Source of the DNA: Trueperaceae bacterium
GTDB taxonomy: Bacteria; Deinococcota; Deinococci; Deinococcales; Trueperaceae
Direction: 5' to 3'
Assembly: GCA_965213705.1 (NCBI GenBank)
Contig: OZ243913.1
Coordinates: 1,472,001-1,536,000, forward strand
DNA: 64,000 nt
The translations under genes and the position numbers were made by a program. Shown here piece by piece: positions 10,179 through 20,806 of the stretch; position 1 is the first letter of the stretch, and the number at the start of each line of letters is the position of its first letter. The notes below the pieces were generated by a model, which was not told the origin of the DNA, ran no database searches, and was given only the letters and a program-made list of their open reading frames with translations.

Positions 10179-11044
10179 CAGTAGTCCTCCCGCAGGTGTT
10201 GGGACACCGAAATCGCGCTGCCGACGAGCCCGACCAGAAGTGCCAGGGCGAACAGCAGCAACGTCACTTGGCCCAGGGACGCCGTGTCGCGCACAAAGGG
10301 GATGAATTTCAAGCGTTCGGCGAGCCGGTTGACCACGTACTGGTAACCGGGCACGGCCAAAGCCAGGCTGATGACGCCGCTGAACAGCCCCAGCAAAAAG
10401 CCTTCGACGAGAAACGGCGCGCGGATAAACGCGCGCGTCGCGCCGACGAGCTTCATCACCTCTATCTCTTTGCGCCGTCCGGTGATGGCCGCGCGAATCG
10501 AGTTGACGATGGCGAGCAGCCCGCTCGTCAAGAGAATCACGATGAGAATTGAACCCACCACGCGCAGCGCGTCGGTAATCGCCAAAAAGGTCTCGACCGC
10601 CTCCGAGCCGTCTTTTAGGCCCGTAACGTCCGGCAACCCCCGCAACTGCGCCGCGACCCTGGGGGTGAGCGCGGGGTCGAGCAGGCGCAAGGTGACGCTG
10701 TCGGGCAGCGGGTTGTCGACGATGTCGGCGGCCAGTTGCAGCGCGGGCAGGTCGGTCACGATGTCCCGCAACGCCTGGTCTTTGGGGACGTAGAGAACCG
10801 AGTTCGGGTCGACCTCGGGCCAACCGCGAATCGCGCCCAAAAGCCGGGTCGGGTCGGCACCGGGGTTCAAAAAAGCCGTCACCTCCAGGTCGTCTTGCAG
10901 GGTACCCAAAAACGCGTTCAGGTTCAAACTCACAAAGCTGAAACCCGCCAGGATGGTCAGCGACAGCGTCATGGTCGTCAGCGTCGCCACACTGGCAATC
11001 CAGTTCGCGCGGATGGCGCGCATCGCTTGTTGCAACGCGTACAC
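10178..11044 (-). CDS. ftsX: Cell division ABC transporter permease FtsX
   Basis: NPLPDS, RRKEIEVMKLVGATRAFIRAPFLVEG motifs, 4 TM segments. Confidence 0.93.
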   Translation of the reverse strand: MYALQQAMRAIRANWIASVATLTTMTLSLTILAGFSFVSLNLNAFLGTLQDDLEVTAFLNPGADPTRLLGAIRGWPEVDPNSVLYVPKDQALRDIVTDLPALQLAADIVDNPLPDSVTLRLLDPALTPRVAAQLRGLPDVTGLKDGSEAVETFLAITDALRVVGSILIVILLTSGLLAIVNSIRAAITGRRKEIEVMKLVGATRAFIRAPFLVEGFLLGLFSGVISLALAVPGYQYVVNRLAERLKFIPFVRDTASLGQVTLLLFALALLVGLVGSAISVSQHLREDY

Positions 11045-11094
11045 CGGCTACCTCAGCGAGCGGGCGTCGGGGCCGCGCCGAAGAAAAAACCTCG

Positions 11095-11310
11095 TCATAG
11101 ACCCGCTTCCGTCGTACCGAAAAGCGGGCTCGAGCGTTCAGGACCGTCAGCAGGGTGTCGGTAAAGCCACCCGTTTCGTTGAACACACTCACGCTTTTTT
11201 TCAGCAGCCCAACCCGCTTCGGCTTTTACGGCCGCGGACGCCGAGCCGGCCGCCAGCGCCCACACGGCTGCAGGCTCGACCCGCCCGACGCCGGAACTGG
11301 TGTTAGTCAT
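11095..11310 (-). CDS. Possible small hypothetical protein
   Basis: 71-aa ORF with purine-rich RBS (AGAGGAGAGG) before ATG; no recognisable homology. Confidence 0.3.
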   Translation of the reverse strand: MTNTSSGVGRVEPAAVWALAAGSASAAVKAEAGWAAEKKRECVQRNGWLYRHPADGPERSSPLFGTTEAGL

Positions 11311-11464
11311 ACATACCTCTCCTCTGCGGACACGCGCTTCCCACAGCGCGCCAAACGGCTTTATAACCAGTTTCAACAAGGTAACACGCCGGTTGGGAAC
11401 CTCGGGCCGAGTATGAAGGACGGTTGAAGACCGGGGTTCTCAACCTTGAAACCGGAGGGCGTTT

Positions 11465-12736
11465 TCAGGGCATCGGATAGCGCTGCGCCAGCGCGACGAC
11501 CTCGCGCTTGACGCTGTCGGTGTCTTCGCCTTGCAGGGCGCGGTCGATGAGTTCGGCGACTTTGGGCATCTCCGCCGGACTGAAACCGCGCGTGGTGACC
11601 GCCGGCGTGCCGACGCGGATGCCCGAGGTGACCCACGGCTTTTCCGGGTCGAAAGGCATCATGCTCTTGCTGATGGTGATGTGGACGGCGTCCAGCAGCT
11701 TCGTCGCCCCATTGCCCTTGATACCTTGCGGACGCAGGTCGACCAAAAAGAGGTGGTTGTCGGTGCCGCCCGAGACGAGCTTGTAACCGCGCGCAGTCAT
11801 CTCGCTCGCCAGGCGCTGCGCGTTGTCGATAATCGCTTGCGAGTAAGTTTTAAATTCGGGCTGCAGCGCCTCGAAAAAAGCCACGGCCTTGCCCGCGATG
11901 ACGTGCTCGAGCGGCCCCCCCTGAGTCCCCGGAAAAATCATCTTGTCGACCTTCTTGCCAATTTCCTCGTCGTCCGACAGGACGATGCCGCTGCGCGGCC
12001 CGCGCAACGTCTTGTGCGTCGTGCTCGTGACCACGTGCGCGTGGGGGATGGGCGACGGGTGCAGCCCCGCCGCGACGAGTCCCGCGATGTGCGCGATGTC
12101 GGCGAGCAGGTACGCCCCGACCTCGTCGGCGATACTGCGAAACTCGGCAAAGTCGAGCGTGCGGCTGTAGGCCGAAGCGCCCGCGATGATGAGTTTGGGT
12201 TTGTGCTCCTTGGCGAGGGCTCGCACCACGTCGTAGTCGACGCGCTCGGTCTCACGGTCGACCGGGTAACCGACCACGCGGTAGTTCATCCCCGAAAAGT
12301 TGACCGGCGAGCCGTGGGTGAGGTGCCCGCCGTGGGCCAAGTCCATGCCCAAGACCGTGTCGCCCGGCTCCAACAGTGCGTAGTAAACGGCTAAGTTTGC
12401 CCCCGAGCCCGAGTGCGGCTGCACGTTTGCCCAGGCGCAGTGAAACAGCTCCTTGGCCCGACTGATTGCGAGCCGCTCGACCTCGTCGACAACTTCGCAG
12501 CCGCCGTAGTAGCGCTTGCCGGGATAGCCTTCGGCGTACTTGTTGGTCAGCACGCTGCCGACGGCCTCCATCACCGCCTGAGAAGTGAAGTTCTCCGAGG
12601 CGATAAGCTCGAGGCCGTCGCGCTGCCGCTCGAACTCCTGCTGGACGAGGCCGAAGAGTTGGTCGTCGCGTTTGTCGGTGTTGAACCTGCTGAAGTTGAC
12701 TTCACCGGTGGCGAATTCGGGTGTGGCGATGGTCAT
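11465..12736 (-). CDS. glyA: Serine hydroxymethyltransferase
   Basis: [35 protein letters not shown]. Confidence 0.98.
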   Translation of the reverse strand: MTIATPEFATGEVNFSRFNTDKRDDQLFGLVQQEFERQRDGLELIASENFTSQAVMEAVGSVLTNKYAEGYPGKRYYGGCEVVDEVERLAISRAKELFHCAWANVQPHSGSGANLAVYYALLEPGDTVLGMDLAHGGHLTHGSPVNFSGMNYRVVGYPVDRETERVDYDVVRALAKEHKPKLIIAGASAYSRTLDFAEFRSIADEVGAYLLADIAHIAGLVAAGLHPSPIPHAHVVTSTTHKTLRGPRSGIVLSDDEEIGKKVDKMIFPGTQGGPLEHVIAGKAVAFFEALQPEFKTYSQAIIDNAQRLASEMTARGYKLVSGGTDNHLFLVDLRPQGIKGNGATKLLDAVHITISKSMMPFDPEKPWVTSGIRVGTPAVTTRGFSPAEMPKVAELIDRALQGEDTDSVKREVVALAQRYPMP

Positions 12737-12829
12737 GCGGGTTACCTCGTTTTCTGGGACTCGAGAAGGCCGGGCGGCTTTTCCAGCGAGTATAGCAACT
12801 GGGACACGTGCCGAATGCTAGGCTGACCT

Positions 12830-13804
12830 ATGAACTACACCACCCTCGGCCACACCGGCCTCAAAGTTTCGCGCGTCTGCCTCGGCATGATGAGCTACGG
12901 CACGCCCAAGTGGCGCGACTGGGTCCTGAACGAGGACGCCAGCCGCCCGTTCGTGCAGCGCGCGGTCGAATTGGGCATCAACTTCTTCGACACCGCCGAC
13001 ATGTACTCGAAAGGCGTTTCGGAAGAGGTGACGGGCAAGCTGTTAAAAGAGTACACGCGCCGCGACGAAACGGTTATCGCCACCAAAGTCTACATGCCGA
13101 TGAGCGACGCGCCCAACCGGGGCGGCCTGAGCCGCAAACACATTTTCGACGGTGTCGAAGATTCACTTAGGCGGCTCGGCGTGGACTACATCGACCTCTA
13201 CCAAATCCACCGCTACGACTACGACACGCCCCTCGAGGAAACTCTGGAAGCCTTAAACGACGTGGTCAAGGCGGGCTACGTGCGCTACCTGGGCGCGAGC
13301 AGCATGTTCGCGTACCAGTTCGCTCGTGCGCTCTACAAAGCCGAGGCCCACGGCTGGCCGCGGTTCGTGTCGATGCAAAACCACTACAACCTCCTCTACC
13401 GCGAGGAGGAGCGCGAAATGCTACCCCTCTGCCGCGAAGAGGGCGTCGGCGTGCTGCCCTGGAGCCCGCTGGCGCGCGGCTACCTGACCCGCCGCCCTGA
13501 CCAAAAACGCGCCACCACGCGCGGCCGCGACGACGACTTCGCACGGCACCTGTACTCGTTCGAGGCGGCCGACACCGTCATCGACCGGGTGGTCGACCTC
13601 GCCGAGGCGCGTGACGTGAGCCCGGCGCAAATCGCCCTCGCCTGGCTCCTCGCGCAGCCCGGCGTCACCGCGCCCATCGTCGGCGCGACCAAGTTGAAGC
13701 ACTTAGAAGACGCCGTCGCCGCGGTCGAGCTGACCCTGTCCGACGACGAGCGGAAACGCCTCGAGGAGACTTATGAGCCCCGCCCGGTGCTGGGGCACAG
13801 TTGA
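12830..13804 (+). CDS. Aldo/keto reductase
   Basis: FFDTADMYSKG, SLRRLGVDYIDLYQIH, PWSPLARG. Confidence 0.95.
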   Translation: MNYTTLGHTGLKVSRVCLGMMSYGTPKWRDWVLNEDASRPFVQRAVELGINFFDTADMYSKGVSEEVTGKLLKEYTRRDETVIATKVYMPMSDAPNRGGLSRKHIFDGVEDSLRRLGVDYIDLYQIHRYDYDTPLEETLEALNDVVKAGYVRYLGASSMFAYQFARALYKAEAHGWPRFVSMQNHYNLLYREEEREMLPLCREEGVGVLPWSPLARGYLTRRPDQKRATTRGRDDDFARHLYSFEAADTVIDRVVDLAEARDVSPAQIALAWLLAQPGVTAPIVGATKLKHLEDAVAAVELTLSDDERKRLEETYEPRPVLGHS

Positions 13805-14320
13805 GGTGGTCGCTGTTGACTGTGGGCTGTTGACCATGAGCTGCCGGTGTTTGAAAATCAAGACGGCACTGCTCGAGCAAGACGGCTGTCGGAAGACTCA
13901 ACTTTGCAACTGGTGAAACCCTCGAGGCTCCGAAGCGAGAAAACTATGGCCGTCGCTCGGCTGACAGGGGACTACCAAGCTACGACGGACGGCAAGCTCG
14001 ACATGAACAAGACACTCGCCGTTTTGGAAGCGGCGGAGAGAGTTTTGGGTACGGCACGCGCCCACGTTTAGAAACCATTTTAAAGATAGAGACCATTTAA
14101 AGACACCGTCGCGCTGCCGCTCGAGCGCCTGCTGAACGAGGCTAAAGGGCTTGTCGCCGCGCTTCACCCGGCGCGAAACGGGTTTGTTTTATAGTTCAGG
14201 CGTGAACGCCTCAGCCGCTTCCGACGCACCCGCCCGCCCCGCGACACTGTCCCCCTTATTGTCCTACAGAGCGCCCTGCAGCGTGTCCGGGCAGTATCGT
14301 TCAGAGCGCCGGGTCACCTG

Positions 14321-14980
14321 ATGGAGCCCGAACGACTTGCCGAGCTTCACCCAACGCTCTATCACATGGCCGACGCGCGCAACTGGACGAGCATCGAGCG
14401 CCACGGTTTGCTCAGCACGAGCGCCCTGCTCGAGCGTTACGCCGTTCCTGCCGCGGAGCGAACAGTTCTCGAGGCCGCGCACCGCCCCGCGACCGTCCCC
14501 GTAACGTCCGCGGCCGGGCCAATTTTCGTCCGCGACCAGCACCCGCTCGACCCGGTGGCGCTGGCGGCGTGTCTGACCGACATGTCGCCCGAGGCGTGGT
14601 ACCGCACGCTGAACGCCCGCGTTTTCTTCTGGCCCACGCGCGACCGCCTGGAGCGGATGCTCAAAGCCTACCGGCGCGAGCCGCAGGCGCTTTTCGAGGT
14701 TGACACCCGCGCATTGCTCGAGCGGCACGCCCACAAGGTCGAGTTGTCCCACATCAACTCGGGCTACGCGAGCGGGCGCTACCCGCCGGCTCGGCGGGGC
14801 CGCCACACGTTCGTGCCGCTGCGCGACTACGCGTACTCGGCCCGCAACAAAATTGCCGAGGTCACGGTGCCGGGCTCGGTCCCGGACATTTTTGCGGTGA
14901 CGCGCCACGTCACGCTGAAAGCGCCGGGGGCGGACGACCGCACGTTGTGGCAAGCGGAGGCTCGAGCCGGGGCGGAGTAG
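14321..14980 (+). CDS. DarT-like (ADP-ribosyltransferase fold) hypothetical protein
   Basis: LYHMADARNWTSIERHGLLS ... VFFW ... IAEVTVPGSVP parallels DarT YHxTxxxNLxxILxxGLL ... QAEFLV. Confidence 0.6.
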   Translation: MEPERLAELHPTLYHMADARNWTSIERHGLLSTSALLERYAVPAAERTVLEAAHRPATVPVTSAAGPIFVRDQHPLDPVALAACLTDMSPEAWYRTLNARVFFWPTRDRLERMLKAYRREPQALFEVDTRALLERHAHKVELSHINSGYASGRYPPARRGRHTFVPLRDYAYSARNKIAEVTVPGSVPDIFAVTRHVTLKAPGADDRTLWQAEARAGAE

Positions 14981-15024
14981 AGGGATACAGCGGGCTCGAG
15001 CAAACAGGACGTGGACGAACAATT

Positions 15025-15975
15025 TTAAGACAGCAGTTTCTCGAGTTCGCTCTCGAGGTCGGGATAGCGAAACTCGAAACCCTCTTGCTGCAGCTTTTGG
15101 GGAAGCACCTTCGCGCTCGGCAACAGGACGTTGTCGGCCAGCCCTCCGGTGGCAAGCCGCAACAGCGGCGCGGGCGTGGCGATGAGCTTGTGAATACCCA
15201 GACGCGCCGCCACCTTTCGCGCCAACTCCCCCTGCCGCACGGGCTCGGGCGCGGTGAGGTTGTACACACCGCGGCTCGGTTCGTTTTCAATCAGGAACAG
15301 CAAGGCGTGGGCGAGGTCGTCGGCGTCCAGCCAGCTCCACCACTGCTCGCCGTCGCCGTACACCCCGACCCGCAACCGAACCGTCTGCAAGAGTTTTTGC
15401 CAGCCCGGTGCGTCCTGCGCCAGCACAATCCCGATTCGCGCCACGACGAGCCGCGCGCCGCCCGCGTCCGCCGCCGCGGCCTCCCAGCGTTCACAGACGT
15501 CGGCGAAAAAGAGCGTCTCGTCTTTGGGACTCGCCTCGGTCACAACTCCTTCGCCCGCGTCGCCGTAGTAGCCGGTAGCCGAGGCCTGCACCCACACGCG
15601 CGGCGGCCGTTCAGCGTATCGGTAAGCGTGGAGTAGCGCCTGGGCACTGTCCACCCGGCTCGCCACGACGCGCTCGCGGTGTGCTCGCCCGAGACGGCCG
15701 GCCGTCGTCGGGGCACCGGCCAGGTTGACGACGGCGGTCGCGCCGTTCAGAACGTGCGCAATCCGCAGCCGTTCGGCCGCGTCCCCCGCTGCGGCGGCGG
15801 CCGGGTCCCAGAGGGTAGCGGCGACGTCCCGCCCGAAACGAGTCGTAGAGCTGTGGGTCAGGACGCGCAAGGTGTAGCGGTCTGAAGCTGCCGTCAGCAG
15901 GTGTCTACCGACCGGGCCGGACGCGCCCGTAACGACCAGAACCGGCTTGGCGCTCACGCGGGCCTCGGCGTTCAA
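15025..15975 (-). CDS. TIGR01777 family NAD-dependent epimerase/oxidoreductase
   Basis: VTGASGPVG, VVNLAGA, QASATGYYGD, GFEFRYPDLE. Confidence 0.9.
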   Translation of the reverse strand: MNAEARVSAKPVLVVTGASGPVGRHLLTAASDRYTLRVLTHSSTTRFGRDVAATLWDPAAAAAGDAAERLRIAHVLNGATAVVNLAGAPTTAGRLGRAHRERVVASRVDSAQALLHAYRYAERPPRVWVQASATGYYGDAGEGVVTEASPKDETLFFADVCERWEAAAADAGGARLVVARIGIVLAQDAPGWQKLLQTVRLRVGVYGDGEQWWSWLDADDLAHALLFLIENEPSRGVYNLTAPEPVRQGELARKVAARLGIHKLIATPAPLLRLATGGLADNVLLPSAKVLPQKLQQEGFEFRYPDLESELEKLLS

Positions 15976-15976
15976 T

Positions 15977-16753
15977 TTAGCGTTCGATGGTTTCGTCGAA
16001 AAAGAGCCCGCGCATCTTCAAGCGGTAGCGTTTCTCGTCCACGTCGATGTCTAAGTAACAGTACTCGTCGCCGTGGCCGTTGGTGTCGAGCAGGATGGCC
16101 CTACCCTGCGAGGCGATGTTCACGCCGCCCCGCACCGGCGTGTGGCCGTACACGCCCAAGCGGTACGGCGTGCCTTCTAAAAAGTCCCGGTCGTCGTGAA
16201 TCCAGCGGCGGCGGTTCTCCAGGTAAAAACCGTTGTCATAGGTGTTGTGCTCTTGCAAGGGTCCGACGTGGGCGAAGTGAATGCCCATGATTTCTAAACT
16301 GTAGGGCCAGGCGCGCATCCAGGTAGAAAGCTCCCTGGGAAGCGGCTTGCCGTGCCCTTCTTTCCACTCCAAGTGAACGACGTCGTCGGTGCGCAGCGCG
16401 CCCTGGGCGTGGTTGACGGCGTTGAAGTCGTGGTTGCCCATCAGGATGGTCATGCGCCCGTCCGGTACACAGTCGTGAAACGCTTTGACCTCCCTCAAAA
16501 AAGCAACTTGCTCTGTTTCGGCTTTGCGGACGTGCTCGGGGTTGTACTCGTCGTAGCGCGGCAAACCGGTCAGGCGTGCGTAACGCTCACGGGTTTTGGC
16601 GTGAACAAGGTCACCTAGCAGCACGAGCCGCGCGTCTCCGGCTAAAAAGGTCGGGCTCGGTCGACGCTGTTCGTTGGCGAGTCCCGCCTCGCGCAACATG
16701 CGCCAGAGCTTGCCGGTTTGCGTGTGAATGTCTCCTATGACGACGATGCGCAC
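15977..16753 (-). CDS. Metallophosphoesterase (calcineurin-like)
   Basis: IGDIH, LLGDLVH, MGNHD, VYGHTP. Confidence 0.88.
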   Translation of the reverse strand: MRIVVIGDIHTQTGKLWRMLREAGLANEQRRPSPTFLAGDARLVLLGDLVHAKTRERYARLTGLPRYDEYNPEHVRKAETEQVAFLREVKAFHDCVPDGRMTILMGNHDFNAVNHAQGALRTDDVVHLEWKEGHGKPLPRELSTWMRAWPYSLEIMGIHFAHVGPLQEHNTYDNGFYLENRRRWIHDDRDFLEGTPYRLGVYGHTPVRGGVNIASQGRAILLDTNGHGDEYCYLDIDVDEKRYRLKMRGLFFDETIER

Positions 16754-16959
16754 GAGTGTCCCTTAGTCAGTGCTTGAGCGGCGGTGCGGTAGTTTGCGAC
16801 CGGACCCCGTCTTCTCCACACTCTGTTTCGCACACTATAGCGTGCGGAGCGAACGGGTTGGGGTGGGTATAAGCGAACAAACTCTTTGCCACGCCGGTTT
16901 GTCGCGCTGGTTCACCGCGCCGGTTTGCCAGACCGCAGCTTGCGCCGTTGCCGACGGCC

Positions 16960-18120
16960 TCAGCGGGTGGCGTACTGCTCGAGCAGCGGCAACGGGTCTA
17001 CGGGCGCGCCGTCCACACGAATTTCGAAGTGCAGGTGCGAACCCGTCGAACGCCCGGTCGAACCGACTTTGGCGATGGGCTGACCGGCGGCGACCGTTTC
17101 ACCCTCGCTCACCAACAGCGCCGAGGCGTGTCCGTAATAGTACTCGGTCGTGTCGAAGCGTACGACGACCAAGTTGCCGTAGCCGCTGCGCCAGCCGCTG
17201 TAGACGACTACCCCCGTCGTCGCCGAAACGACGGGGTCGCCCGTGTCGCCGTCGATGTCCAAACCGGTGTGGAAGTTCGAGCCGCTGATACGGAGTTGCC
17301 GGTAGCCGAACCTTGAGGTGACAGCGCCGTGCAGCGGCCAAAACATAGCGACGGCTGCAGGTGCAGACGCCTCGGCCGGCGACGCCCGAACGATGTCGCT
17401 GTTGGTGACGATGCGCAAAACCTGGCCCGCCTGGAGGCTCTGACTGCTGAGTTCGTTGGCCGCCATGAGGGTGGCGACAGTGGTGTCGTAGCGCTTGGCG
17501 ATGTCCCAGAGCGTGTCGCCCCGCGCGACCGAAATCGTCGGCGGCGTGGTGCCGCCGCGGTCGGCGCTGCTCGGGTCGGCGTAGCGGCCGGGAACGGTAA
17601 GGGCGACGCCCGGATTGATGGTGTCGCCGGTTAAACCGTTGGCCGCACGCAGCGCGGCGGCGGTCGTTCCGGTCGCCGCCGCGATGCTCCACAAGCTGTC
17701 ACCCGGTTGGACGGTTACGACCAGCGGCGCGGGCGGCGCGCTCGAGAGACTTGTGGTCCGCAACACGTCGCCCGGACGAATGATGGCGCCGTCGATGTTG
17801 TTGATAGCCAGCAGCTCGTCTATCGACAAGTGAAAGGCGGCCGCTATGTCGTAAAGGGTGTCGCCCGTTTGCACGGTGTAGGTTTCGGCCGAGGTCGCGC
17901 CCGGCGGAAGTTTGAGAACGGCTCCGGGAAACAGGGCGGTGCCGGTCAGGCCGTTCGTCGCTAAAATGGCTGCGGGCGTCGTGTTGTAGCGTTCGGCAAG
18001 ACCCCACAGGGTGTCGCCCGGAACCACTGTGACCTGCGCTGTAACCTGAGCTAAAGACACCTGAACTAAAGACAAAAGCGTAAGGGACGAAACAATGAAG
18101 AAAGCGTGAAGGCGCGGCAT
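16960..18120 (-). CDS. LysM x4 + M23 metallopeptidase
   Basis: Four GDTLW/GDSLW LysM repeats; HTGLD and HLHFEIR Zn motifs. Confidence 0.93.
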   Translation of the reverse strand: MPRLHAFFIVSSLTLLSLVQVSLAQVTAQVTVVPGDTLWGLAERYNTTPAAILATNGLTGTALFPGAVLKLPPGATSAETYTVQTGDTLYDIAAAFHLSIDELLAINNIDGAIIRPGDVLRTTSLSSAPPAPLVVTVQPGDSLWSIAAATGTTAAALRAANGLTGDTINPGVALTVPGRYADPSSADRGGTTPPTISVARGDTLWDIAKRYDTTVATLMAANELSSQSLQAGQVLRIVTNSDIVRASPAEASAPAAVAMFWPLHGAVTSRFGYRQLRISGSNFHTGLDIDGDTGDPVVSATTGVVVYSGWRSGYGNLVVVRFDTTEYYYGHASALLVSEGETVAAGQPIAKVGSTGRSTGSHLHFEIRVDGAPVDPLPLLEQYATR

Positions 18121-18213
18121 CGAGGCCCAGTCTAACGATAATGTGGAATAAAACACAACCCTTGTCCCCGCTCGGGTTAGGCCGCAGCCCGATTCCTGCT
18201 ACACTGCTACGCT

Positions 18214-19074
18214 ATGCGCGTCGGTTTTATCACCCAACTTTTGTGGCCCCGTTACGGGGATTTTTGGGCTCGCTTGGTCGACGGTGTGGGTGCCGAGGTT
18301 CGTCTGCCGAATCCCCAGCGCGTGCTCGAGTTCGCCGCCGACGACCGCCTTGTCAACGTCCCCGGCGTCGCGTTTCGCTTGGCCGTAGCGCAAGCGCTCA
18401 GCTTGCAAGACGTCGACCTCGTCGTCGCGCCCGACCTAAATCCGGGCGCGGACGTCGCGCGGGGCGGCGGGCAAGACGCTTGGATAGCAAGTTTCCCGGA
18501 AGCGCTCGCCAGCAGCCTCGGCGGTCTGCCGCCCGTCCTGGCCGTCCCGACCGTGCTGGGCAGTGAACCGGGCGCTGCGCTGGAGACGCACGCCATAGAA
18601 TTTTTGCTGTCGTTGTCACGCGACGCCGCCAAGGTCCGCCGCGTGTGGGAGCGCAACCGCGCGCTCGCGACCGCGGCGCGCTATCCCGAACCCCGCTGGA
18701 CCGTCCCCCCGCTCGAGACGGTGGGAATCGTCGGCCAGCCCTGGCTGTTGTCGAGCGCACTCGTCGAACGGTTGCAGGCCGGGGGCTCGCACGCGGTCTC
18801 TCAGCACAGTTTGGAGCCGGCGACGCTCCGCGCCGAGGGTTGGCGGGCCGAGGCCCGGCTCGTCGCTACCGACGCCGAGGTGTTGGGCGCGGCGCGCCTG
18901 CTGGGGCGCCGGGGGACCGTCGCGCGCTTGAGGTTCGTCGCCGACGCCACCTCGGGCGCGGACGCGTGGCTCGAGGCGCAAGTGACCAAGCTGGTCCATA
19001 AACCCTTGAGCGTGACCTACTTGCAAGACGTTTTGAGCGCCGAAGAACTCGGCACGCTGCTGGCTGCGCCCTAG
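18214..19074 (+). CDS. Hypothetical protein, distantly like DUF2229/acyl-CoA dehydratase activase-related proteins
   Basis: N-terminus MRVGFITQLLWPRYGDFW and VGIVGQPW; contains no Cys. Confidence 0.55.
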   Translation: MRVGFITQLLWPRYGDFWARLVDGVGAEVRLPNPQRVLEFAADDRLVNVPGVAFRLAVAQALSLQDVDLVVAPDLNPGADVARGGGQDAWIASFPEALASSLGGLPPVLAVPTVLGSEPGAALETHAIEFLLSLSRDAAKVRRVWERNRALATAARYPEPRWTVPPLETVGIVGQPWLLSSALVERLQAGGSHAVSQHSLEPATLRAEGWRAEARLVATDAEVLGAARLLGRRGTVARLRFVADATSGADAWLEAQVTKLVHKPLSVTYLQDVLSAEELGTLLAAP

Positions 19075-19079
19075 CCGGC

Positions 19080-19397
19080 ATGCTCGTTTTGGCGGCGTCG
19101 GCGACGCTCCTGTACGCTTTTGTCAACGCCTTTGGCGCCTGGATGGTCGTGCGGCGCAAACCGTGGCTGGCGGGTTTGTTCATGATTGCGGCGTGCCTGC
19201 TCACGGTCGCTTTTGGAGCTTTGGTCTTCGACTTTCCCTATACCCGCGTCATCCTCGTTTTGGGTCTCGTCACCGCTTCGACTGCCTCGTTCGGCAACGC
19301 CCACGTCATGCTGGGGGGCGTCGTGTGGCGCTTTCACCTGTTGCGTGCGGCAGTCGGCCTCGGGATTTACTTGGTGGCGAGTGTCGGTTTGAGGTGA
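19080..19397 (+). CDS. Small membrane protein (4 TM)
   Basis: Hydrophobic 105-aa ORF directly after the previous gene. Confidence 0.7.
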   Translation: MLVLAASATLLYAFVNAFGAWMVVRRKPWLAGLFMIAACLLTVAFGALVFDFPYTRVILVLGLVTASTASFGNAHVMLGGVVWRFHLLRAAVGLGIYLVASVGLR

Positions 19398-19529
19398 CGG
19401 CCGCGTGACCTGTTTGACCTGTCGGCCTCGGATACCGGTTGGCGAGCGTAGGGCTGGAGATAAAGTACCTAGTCCTGAGGACCGAGTTGAAAGTGGTTTC
19501 ACTCCCTTTCACTCGGTCCTCGGTACTGT

Positions 19530-19772
19530 TTAATCGTCCTTGAACAGCTTTTTCAGGGCGTCTTCTCGGCTTGTCCGTTTGGCGGCGAACCACTTGCCGT
19601 CGGCGAACGTCACGCTGCCCGCCGCGAGCAGCTTCTCGAGCGCGGTTTCGACGGTGTCGACCGCCAACTCTTCAAAGTGGTGTTCGTCGACGTAGCGCTG
19701 AACGGTGCGAACGGTCGCGCCTGCTTTGCCGTGCTGGCCGACGGCCTCGAGAACCCAGTCGTCTACGGTCAT
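19530..19772 (-). CDS. Small winged-helix-like hypothetical protein
   Basis: 80-aa ORF; TAAACT box 6 nt before ATG. Confidence 0.7.
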   Translation of the reverse strand: MTVDDWVLEAVGQHGKAGATVRTVQRYVDEHHFEELAVDTVETALEKLLAAGSVTFADGKWFAAKRTSREDALKKLFKDD

Positions 19773-19813
19773 GCACCCAGTTTAAAGGAAAAAAGAGCAA
19801 CTTAAAAGTGCGT

Positions 19814-20806
19814 TTAGCGGGCGACGCCGCCCACTTTGGGTTTTTTGGGGTCTTGGTGGTACGCGACCTCCTTGCCGCCCGACAGCTCCCCCCAACTCAC
19901 CTCTTCGTCCAGGGTGATGACCTTGACCGGGCAGGCCGTCACGCAGGCGCTGCAACCGTTGCAGCGTTCGGGCTCGAGCATGAGCGCCGTACCTTCTAAG
20001 TCTTCGGGGTCGAAGTCCCGGCCGAACGCTTTTGTCGGGCACACGTTGGTGCAAACCGGACACATGATGCAGCCGTCCGCGACCCGCGGCAAAATCCAGG
20101 GCACGACGCCGCCCTGTTCCGGGGCCGAGCGCTCGATAAGCCGGTACTGCCGCTGCATCTCTTTCGGCAGCGAGGCGTCGTTTTCGCCGCCCGGGTCGAA
20201 GGGGGCGAGCGCCTCGGCGGCGGACGCCTGCAACCCGCGCCAACCGCCCCGCAACAGCTCGCGGCGGCTCACCGGGTCGGGGTTGTCGACGGCGTCGTAG
20301 CGTTCGGCGACGACGGTCTCGATGCTGAAGTCGCGACCGCGCAGGGCCGCCAAGTCCTGGGCTTCGGCTTGCAAAAGTTCTACGGCCAGCGGCACCGCGG
20401 CGTTGCCTATTTTGCACTCGGCGCAGTCCGAGCGGACCAGCGTGACGCTTTCTTTACGGCCCGCCAAACGCAGCAGGTCGCTCGGTGCGAGGCGGCTCAG
20501 GCACTGCACCGACTGCGCGCCGCCCTTGACTTGCGAACACTTCAGCGGCGCGCCGGGCTGGTAACTCACCTTGGACTCCAGAGCTTGCGACGGACACGCC
20601 TGCACGCACAAACCGCAGCCGGTGCAGTCGACATCGTCGATAGACACCTCTTTACCGCGCACAAAGCTAATAGCCTCGTGCGGACAGGTGTCCCGACAAA
20701 TACTGCAGGCCGACACGCTTTGCTTGTAAGCGAGGCAGTGCTCTTTGGTGTAGTCAGGCTGGACGCTGACCGCTTTGACGAACAAGTTGACAAGGTTGTC
20801 CCACAT
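19814..20806 (-). CDS. 4Fe-4S polyferredoxin-like protein
   Basis: Several CxxCxxCxxxCP motifs. Confidence 0.9.
   Translation of the reverse strand: MWDNLVNLFVKAVSVQPDYTKEHCLAYKQSVSACSICRDTCPHEAISFVRGKEVSIDDVDCTGCGLCVQACPSQALESKVSYQPGAPLKCSQVKGGAQSVQCLSRLAPSDLLRLAGRKESVTLVRSDCAECKIGNAAVPLAVELLQAEAQDLAALRGRDFSIETVVAERYDAVDNPDPVSRRELLRGGWRGLQASAAEALAPFDPGGENDASLPKEMQRQYRLIERSAPEQGGVVPWILPRVADGCIMCPVCTNVCPTKAFGRDFDPEDLEGTALMLEPERCNGCSACVTACPVKVITLDEEVSWGELSGGKEVAYHQDPKKPKVGGVAR

Noticed and set aside
10179..11192. N-terminal extension of the 783-aa ORF 8841..11192
   Set aside because: Overlaps ftsX in another frame and is Arg/Pro-rich; the real start is the signal peptide at 10178.
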